The notes under the pieces are model-generated. The model was not told the DNA's origin and did no database searches. It saw only the letters and a program-made list of their open reading frames with translations. The translations under genes and the position numbers were made by a program. Shown piece after piece: positions 33,465 to 38,016 of a stretch of DNA of 38,016 bases (position 1 is the first letter of the stretch; each line of letters opens with the position of its first letter). The stretch is from a virus (Duplodnaviria > Caudoviricetes): positions 1-38,016 of IMG/VR virus record IMGVR_UViG_3300043432_000200. The stretch is one strand, 5' to 3'.

Positions 33465-35867
33465 CTACTCCCAGTACGGGACGAACGTCCCGCGGCAACG
33501 TGCGCGCCCCTCGCACTTCCGATAGCCCCCGAACGGGTACTCGGCCTGGACATCGGCCAACGTGTCGAACCGTCGGCCGTCGATCTCGGCGCACGGCCCG
33601 CAGGTGTTCTTGTCGCGCACCTCATCCGCCAGGAAGTAGCCGGCCGGCGCGCCGTCGGCCTCCGCCTGCTCCAGGGTCGCCGCGCGGCCCTCGTTCTCGG
33701 CCGCCCAGATGGCGGCGCTCAGCTCCGACCCCAGGGTGGCCGTGGTCAGGCCCTCCAGGTGCGAGCGCACACGCTGGGCGACCTCTCGGCCCGTGGCGCC
33801 CGGTGACCAGACGCGCAGGGCCTCCCGCGCGGCCGAGGAGGTGAAGGCGTTCGTCAGGTTCTTGGCCGTCAGCATGGCCGCGGCCCTCAGGTCCTCGGCG
33901 AGACCCGCCAGCACCCGGGCCGGGCGGGGCAGGGCGCCGTAGAGCACGAGCGCGCCCCGGTCGGCGGGGGGCTCGATGGGCACGGCGGGGGCGATGCTCT
34001 GGCCCTGCTCGGCGGCCAGCTCTGCCATGCGCTGGGCGCCGGCGGCCGCCTGCTCGAACATGGCGTCGGCGAGCATCGCGGCCCCGACGTCGCTGGAGGC
34101 CGTCAGCTCCGCCAGGGCCGCGGGCTGGGCGGCGTCGACCACGCTCTCGATCTGACCGACAAGCTCGTCGATCTGGGCGCCCGTGACCTCGCGGGACCAG
34201 CGGGCCACGAGGGCGTCGACGCGGTCCTCCCAGTCCTCGCGGGTCGGCTCGGCGTCGGCCTCCACCTCGGCGCGCAGGACGTGGCGGATGATGGCCCCGA
34301 GGTCGGCGCCGGCGGTCAGCTCTCCGGCGATGTGGACGTGGCCGAGGGCGCCGGGGGGCGCCGGCTCTGCGGGGGCACGTCGGGAGGGCACGGTGCCGGG
34401 CGGTGCGAGCGCCGGGCCCTCGGCCGGTGCCGGCTCTGCGCCGGGTGGCAGGACGGGCGCGGCGGGCTCGGGCGGAGGGGTCTGGTTGGACGAGACGGCG
34501 CCGGGCGCGCCGGGCGGGGGCGGGGCGTTGGGGTCGATGTCGGCGCCCGCTTCCACGAGCATGGCCCGAGCCTCTTCCCACGTGAGAACGGTTCCCACTC
34601 CGAGGTAGACCTTCTGGACGGTCTCGACCAGGGCCCGCATGTCGGCGCCAGGATCGGCGGCCGGAGCCTCGGGGGTGCTCGTGGTGACGGAGCCCAGGTG
34701 CGTGATCTCGGGCAGGCCCACCGCTTCGAGCACGGCGGCCGGCTCGAAGCCGGCGTCGACCAGGGTCTTGGCGGCGTTGGCCCGCGCCGTCAGCTCGGCG
34801 TTGTCCGCCTCCCTGTTGGCGGGCACGGGGTCCACGTAGTCGAACTCCAGGCCGGCGGCGCCGGGCCCGTAGAGCGGCAGGAACTCCTCGTTCAGGGCGC
34901 CCTTGATGCGCTCCAGGCGGGGCACGAGCAGGCTCTCGGCGAACCAGGCGCGGGAGGCCTCGGCCGTCGCCCGGTTGACGTCATCCACATCCCCCACGGC
35001 GAACTTGGGGATACCGAAGGCCTCGCGGATGACATCCCTGGACACGCTACGCAGCTCTGCGAACTGCATATCCCGCTGGCTGAAGCCCCGCTCGACCCAC
35101 TTCATGCCGGACTCGATGAGCGCCACGCGGTGGGCGGCCGCCACGCCGCGGTGCTGCTCGGCCCACCGTTCGCGTAGCTCGTCGAACTCCGCATCGCTCA
35201 GGCGCTTGTCAACCTCGATGATGCCGCCCGGCTCTGAGGAGTTAAGGAAGAAGTTCCTATTCCATTCACTCGTGTACCTTGTCGCATCAAGGTCCACGAG
35301 CACCGCTTGCACAGGCCCCATCCCCCGGTAGGGGTCCAGGGGGTTCGGCATCCTCAGCTGGATGACGTCGCGGGTCTCCAGGGGGACCAGGCCGCCGTCG
35401 GGCGTCGTGTAGACGTACCCGCGGATGAAGTCCACGGGGTCCGGCACCGGCGTGATGCGGTCCGGGCGAACGGGCCAGATCTCCAGGGGGAGCGGACTGG
35501 CCGGGTTGCGGGCGATCACCCACCAGCCCTCGCCCGTCAGGTCGACGTGTTGCTGGACGGTCTCGGTGAACTCCTGGCGCGGCATGAAGGGGTTTGGCTT
35601 GTTCCACACGTCGAGCGCCGCGTGCCGTGCCACCTCTGCCCGATCCTCGGGCTTGCCGCTGGCCGCCGTGCGGTAGAGCTTCCACTCCACGCGGCTCGTG
35701 TTGTTGGCCAGCGCGGTGATGATGGCGAACAGGGTCCCCACCGAGCCCATGGCCTTCATCTGCTGTTCGGCGTCGTTGCGCTGGGTGAACGGCAAGGCGA
35801 TCGAGCTGGCGCGCCCGACGTACGGGACCGGTGCCCGGTTGAACAGAGAGCCCAGGGGGCTCCTCAC
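33465..35867 (-). CDS. HK97-family portal protein fused to a Mu gpF-like minor head domain
   Basis: NKPNPFM, LTGEGWW, PVRPDRI, YRGMGPV, FFLNSSEPGGII, DMQFAE, AFGIP; C-terminal DKNTCGPC..IDG...CRG. Confidence 0.92.
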   Translation of the reverse strand: MRSPLGSLFNRAPVPYVGRASSIALPFTQRNDAEQQMKAMGSVGTLFAIITALANNTSRVEWKLYRTAASGKPEDRAEVARHAALDVWNKPNPFMPRQEFTETVQQHVDLTGEGWWVIARNPASPLPLEIWPVRPDRITPVPDPVDFIRGYVYTTPDGGLVPLETRDVIQLRMPNPLDPYRGMGPVQAVLVDLDATRYTSEWNRNFFLNSSEPGGIIEVDKRLSDAEFDELRERWAEQHRGVAAAHRVALIESGMKWVERGFSQRDMQFAELRSVSRDVIREAFGIPKFAVGDVDDVNRATAEASRAWFAESLLVPRLERIKGALNEEFLPLYGPGAAGLEFDYVDPVPANREADNAELTARANAAKTLVDAGFEPAAVLEAVGLPEITHLGSVTTSTPEAPAADPGADMRALVETVQKVYLGVGTVLTWEEARAMLVEAGADIDPNAPPPPGAPGAVSSNQTPPPEPAAPVLPPGAEPAPAEGPALAPPGTVPSRRAPAEPAPPGALGHVHIAGELTAGADLGAIIRHVLRAEVEADAEPTREDWEDRVDALVARWSREVTGAQIDELVGQIESVVDAAQPAALAELTASSDVGAAMLADAMFEQAAAGAQRMAELAAEQGQSIAPAVPIEPPADRGALVLYGALPRPARVLAGLAEDLRAAAMLTAKNLTNAFTSSAAREALRVWSPGATGREVAQRVRSHLEGLTTATLGSELSAAIWAAENEGRAATLEQAEADGAPAGYFLADEVRDKNTCGPCAEIDGRRFDTLADVQAEYPFGGYRKCEGRARCRGTFVPYWE

Positions 35868-36142
35868 TGGTCGGCCTCACCTCGGCCGAGGTACTCCAGC
35901 ACGAGCAGGCTGGCAGCGCCGGCGAGCGCCCCCAGACGGGCGTCGGTGGTCCAGGCGGCCCACGTGGCCAGGCCAGCACTCGGCCACGTGTAGGCGGCCG
36001 TGCGCACCTGCGCCCAGCGGGGGGCGTGGTGGCCGAGCCAGCGGCCCACGGTCGCGAGCACAGGGTCGCGCCGGCGGGCCTTCTGGCCGTTGGTCGTCGC
36101 TCCTCGTGAGGTCTTGAACTCCGACACGAGGATTGACGCCAT
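35864..36142 (-). CDS. small membrane protein preceding the portal, leaderless
   Basis: Two hydrophobic C-terminal segments; TACGCT 6 nt before ATG 36142; GTGA overlap with the portal. Confidence 0.7.
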   Translation of the reverse strand: MASILVSEFKTSRGATTNGQKARRRDPVLATVGRWLGHHAPRWAQVRTAAYTWPSAGLATWAAWTTDARLGALAGAASLLVLEYLGRGEADQ

Positions 36143-36148
36143 GGGTGG

Positions 36149-36210
36149 AGCGTACATCGCGGGGGGCGCTCATGAGCCCCCTGTGGCCTGCATGAACCCC
36201 TATGGGCCTA
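36149..36210 (-). promoter_or_regulatory. candidate late promoter: -10 TACGCT plus two 20-nt direct repeats
   Basis: CATGAGCCCCCTGTGGCCTG (36171-36190) and CATGAACCCCTATGGGCCTA (36191-36210). Confidence 0.5.
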
Positions 36211-36531
36211 CCGGTAGACGTGCGGCTCGGCGTGCTTCGAGACCACCAGGGCGTTGTTCAGGGTCTCCTCGCCCGCCCAGATCACGCCCAGCCACCGGGC
36301 GTAGACGTCCTCCCGCTGGCTCTCGACCTCGATCTCGACGTGCTCGGCCAGCCACGCCTTCGTGAAGGCCGTGGCCTCAGACCCACCCGGGGCCGTGGCC
36401 TCGGGGCAGTTGATCCCCACGAGACGGAACCGCTGGCGCGCCCAGACCCTGAAGCCCAGGTCGACGTCCAGGTCGACCGTGTCACCGTCGACCACACGCA
36501 CGAGCGTGGCCGGATAGCGCCGGGGGTTCAC
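36208..36531 (-). CDS. thermonuclease (SNase-like) protein
   Basis: RVVDGDTVDLDVDLGF...RFRLVGINCPE...DVYARWLG...LNNALV. Confidence 0.88.
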   Translation of the reverse strand: MNPRRYPATLVRVVDGDTVDLDVDLGFRVWARQRFRLVGINCPEATAPGGSEATAFTKAWLAEHVEIEVESQREDVYARWLGVIWAGEETLNNALVVSKHAEPHVYR

Positions 36532-36773
36532 TCGCCGGCCGCCGGATCGACCCCACCCTGGTCGAGCGCCACGGCCTTCTTGGCTCGGGCGAGCGAGTCC
36601 TCCAGGTGCGTCACGGCCAGGCTCTTGTCGCGGCCCGGGGGGAGGATGTGAGCCAGGGCCCGGCCGTAGGCGATGGCCGCCTCGGTGAGGTCATCGAGGG
36701 CGGAGTGGATGCCGGGCGTCCGCGGGGGCTGGTTGGTCAGTCGGTGGGCGATCTCGGCCTCGGTGATGTCCAT
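36528..36773 (-). CDS. Acb2/Tad1-like helical hairpin protein (possible anti-defence signal sponge), leaderless
   Basis: LPPGRDKSLAVTHLEDSLARAKKAVA resembles the P.sRE.SLA.T.LEE family motif. Confidence 0.6.
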   Translation of the reverse strand: MDITEAEIAHRLTNQPPRTPGIHSALDDLTEAAIAYGRALAHILPPGRDKSLAVTHLEDSLARAKKAVALDQGGVDPAAGE

Positions 36774-36791
36774 GCGCCCACCGTAGTGCGG

Positions 36792-37172
36792 TCAGCCCCG
36801 CCCGTAGCAGGGGTCATAGACGGCCCGAGGGGGGACCAGCTCGGCGCCGGCCGGATAGAGGTGGAGGCCCTCGCCCACGAACGCCCACCCGTTGTTCGAG
36901 TGCACGAGCATGCGGCCATCGGGGCACACCTTGGCGGTGGCCCCGTTGATCTCGTCCAGACCCGTCAGCGGGTTGTGGCACGGGCGCTGAAGGTCGTCCA
37001 CGCCGTTCACGGGCTGGCCCTCGCGGTAGGTCTCGGCGCACGAGCGGAGGGCCACGGTCGCCGGCGCTGCGGTCATCGGCGCCGGCGACGGCGGGGGGTC
37101 ATCGGCCGCAGTGGCGCACCCCGCGCCGAGGAGGAGGGCGGAGAGGGCGAGCGCACGCCAGACGTTGGTCAT
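36792..37172 (-). CDS. lipoprotein, leaderless
   Basis: Signal peptide with lipobox LLLGAGC; four further Cys; TAGGGT 6 nt before ATG. Confidence 0.75.
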   Translation of the reverse strand: MTNVWRALALSALLLGAGCATAADDPPPSPAPMTAAPATVALRSCAETYREGQPVNGVDDLQRPCHNPLTGLDEINGATAKVCPDGRMLVHSNNGWAFVGEGLHLYPAGAELVPPRAVYDPCYGRG

Positions 37173-37189
37173 GCGGCCACCCTACCGAT

Positions 37190-37360
37190 GGCCCCGGAGA
37201 GCCTCGCCCAGGGGCCCCTCCAGGGCGCCGGGGTCGGGGCCGTGGGGGAAGGTGGGGCCATGCCGTCGTGCGGTCGACCTGGGCGAGGCCTAGCCGGGCG
37301 CCAGGGGAGGCAACCGACCAGCGGGCGAGCCCCGGGGAGAGGGGAGGGGTTCCCGCGTCC
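37190..37360 (-). ncRNA. candidate sRNA with three C-rich loops (6C-RNA-like)
   Basis: Putative promoter CTGACG-N18-TACGGT (37396-37367); hairpin loops UCCCCUCUCCCC, CCUCCCC and CCACCUUCCCCCAC; 12-bp stem 37201-37212/37278-37289. Confidence 0.45.
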
Positions 37361-37392
37361 GGCCCCACCGTACCCCTTGCGCCGGCTCGGCG

Positions 37393-37650
37393 TCAGCGCA
37401 CGTAGCCGCCGCGGGCCGCCCTCGTGCGCAGGGTTCTGGCCAGCTCGCGCCGCACGCTGGCCGCCTGCTCCTCGGTGAGGGCGTAGTCGCCGGCGCGGCC
37501 GCCGATGAGGCCGTCGTCCAGAGACTCGGCGAGGTCCTCCAAGCACTGGAGCTTGAACGCCCGGCGGGCCTCGATGGTCGAGCGGTACTTGGTGCCGGGC
37601 CGGCGGATGCCATCCCAGCGGCCTCGAAGCATGGGGGGAAGGTTGCTCAT
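37393..37650 (-). CDS. hypothetical protein (85 aa)
   Basis: GGAGG RBS, ATGA coupling. Confidence 0.7.
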   Translation of the reverse strand: MSNLPPMLRGRWDGIRRPGTKYRSTIEARRAFKLQCLEDLAESLDDGLIGGRAGDYALTEEQAASVRRELARTLRTRAARGGYVR

Positions 37651-37817
37651 GCGGGGGTGACCTCCATGTCGGGGTAGCGGTCGAGGCGCTTGCCGCCCTC
37701 GAAGATGTAGGTGAAGAGGCCGTCACCGACGTTGGCGCGGCGCACGGAGTGGAAGGTGAGAGCGCCGTGGTAGGGGTCCTTGATGGTGGCGCCGGGGGTG
37801 AGGTCTCCGTAGGTCAT
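37647..37817 (-). CDS. small beta-rich hypothetical protein (56 aa), leaderless
   Basis: MTYGDLTPGATI...; ATG 6 nt after TATTCT. Confidence 0.7.
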   Translation of the reverse strand: MTYGDLTPGATIKDPYHGALTFHSVRRANVGDGLFTYIFEGGKRLDRYPDMEVTPA

Positions 37818-37823
37818 GTAGAG

Positions 37824-37863
37824 AGAATAACATGGGGCCTGCTCGATTGCAAGCCCCATGTTA
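37824..37863 (-). promoter_or_regulatory. promoter TTGCAA-N17-TATTCT inside a 15-bp (one mismatch) inverted repeat
   Basis: TAACATGGGGCTTGC-AATCGA-GCAGGCCCCATGTTA on the minus strand; -35 at 37852-37847, -10 at 37829-37824. Confidence 0.75.
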
Positions 37864-38016
37864 GAACTACCGGCCGTAGGGGTAGGCCTCGGGCTCGCTC
37901 GGCCGGGCCTTCGTCCACGAGCCGCCAGCGAACACCCGGTGGAAGTCCTCGGCCGTGGCCAGCCGGCTGCCCCACCATCATGGCGCTTGCGTCTCCTTGG
38001 TGGGGGGCTTCCTTCT

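Noticed and set aside
37169-37261. 30-aa minus-strand ORF (MAPPSPTAPTPAPW...) overlapping the lipoprotein start
   Set aside because: No SD, low complexity, and the lipoprotein has its own leaderless -10; kept only as an alternative to the sRNA interpretation
1-38016. Integrase, att site, tRNA, terminase, endolysin, CRISPR array
   Set aside because: None is recognisable by eye; lifestyle and genome ends cannot be determined from this window

Overview
High-GC fragment of a tailed phage or prophage (siphovirus-like, HK97 capsid), probably infecting Actinomycetota. The host call is inferred from the Lsr2-like, HicA-like, r1t-type holin and DUF2493-type genes and from the leaderless promoters. 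Layout: (1) 1-5661, a leftward operon with an HTH regulator, an atypical DNA methyltransferase, a replication initiator, a G39P-like helicase loader/inhibitor, a MazG-like pyrophosphatase and a SLOG protein. (2) 5757-12728, a rightward operon with ParB-like, HNH-like and HicA-like genes, a shikimate kinase, a Gam-like protein and an ERF recombinase. (3) 12952-36142, a leftward virion operon: portal-gpF fusion, ClpP protease, capsid, about 12 accessory head-region genes, adaptor, two tail-tube paralogs, frameshifting chaperone, tape measure, tail tip and holin. (4) 36208-37817, an accessory island with a nuclease, an Acb2/Tad1-like protein and a lipoprotein. I recognised no terminase, endolysin, integrase, tRNA or CRISPR array. 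The most notable signals are a TTGC-N6-GCA(A) palindrome built into the -35 box of six promoters at five sites, a set of leaderless genes, and a candidate C-rich-loop (6C-like) sRNA at ~37190-37360 that is complementary for 14 nt to the ribosome-binding site of the first rightward gene. All family calls come from reading motifs by eye; no database search was run.
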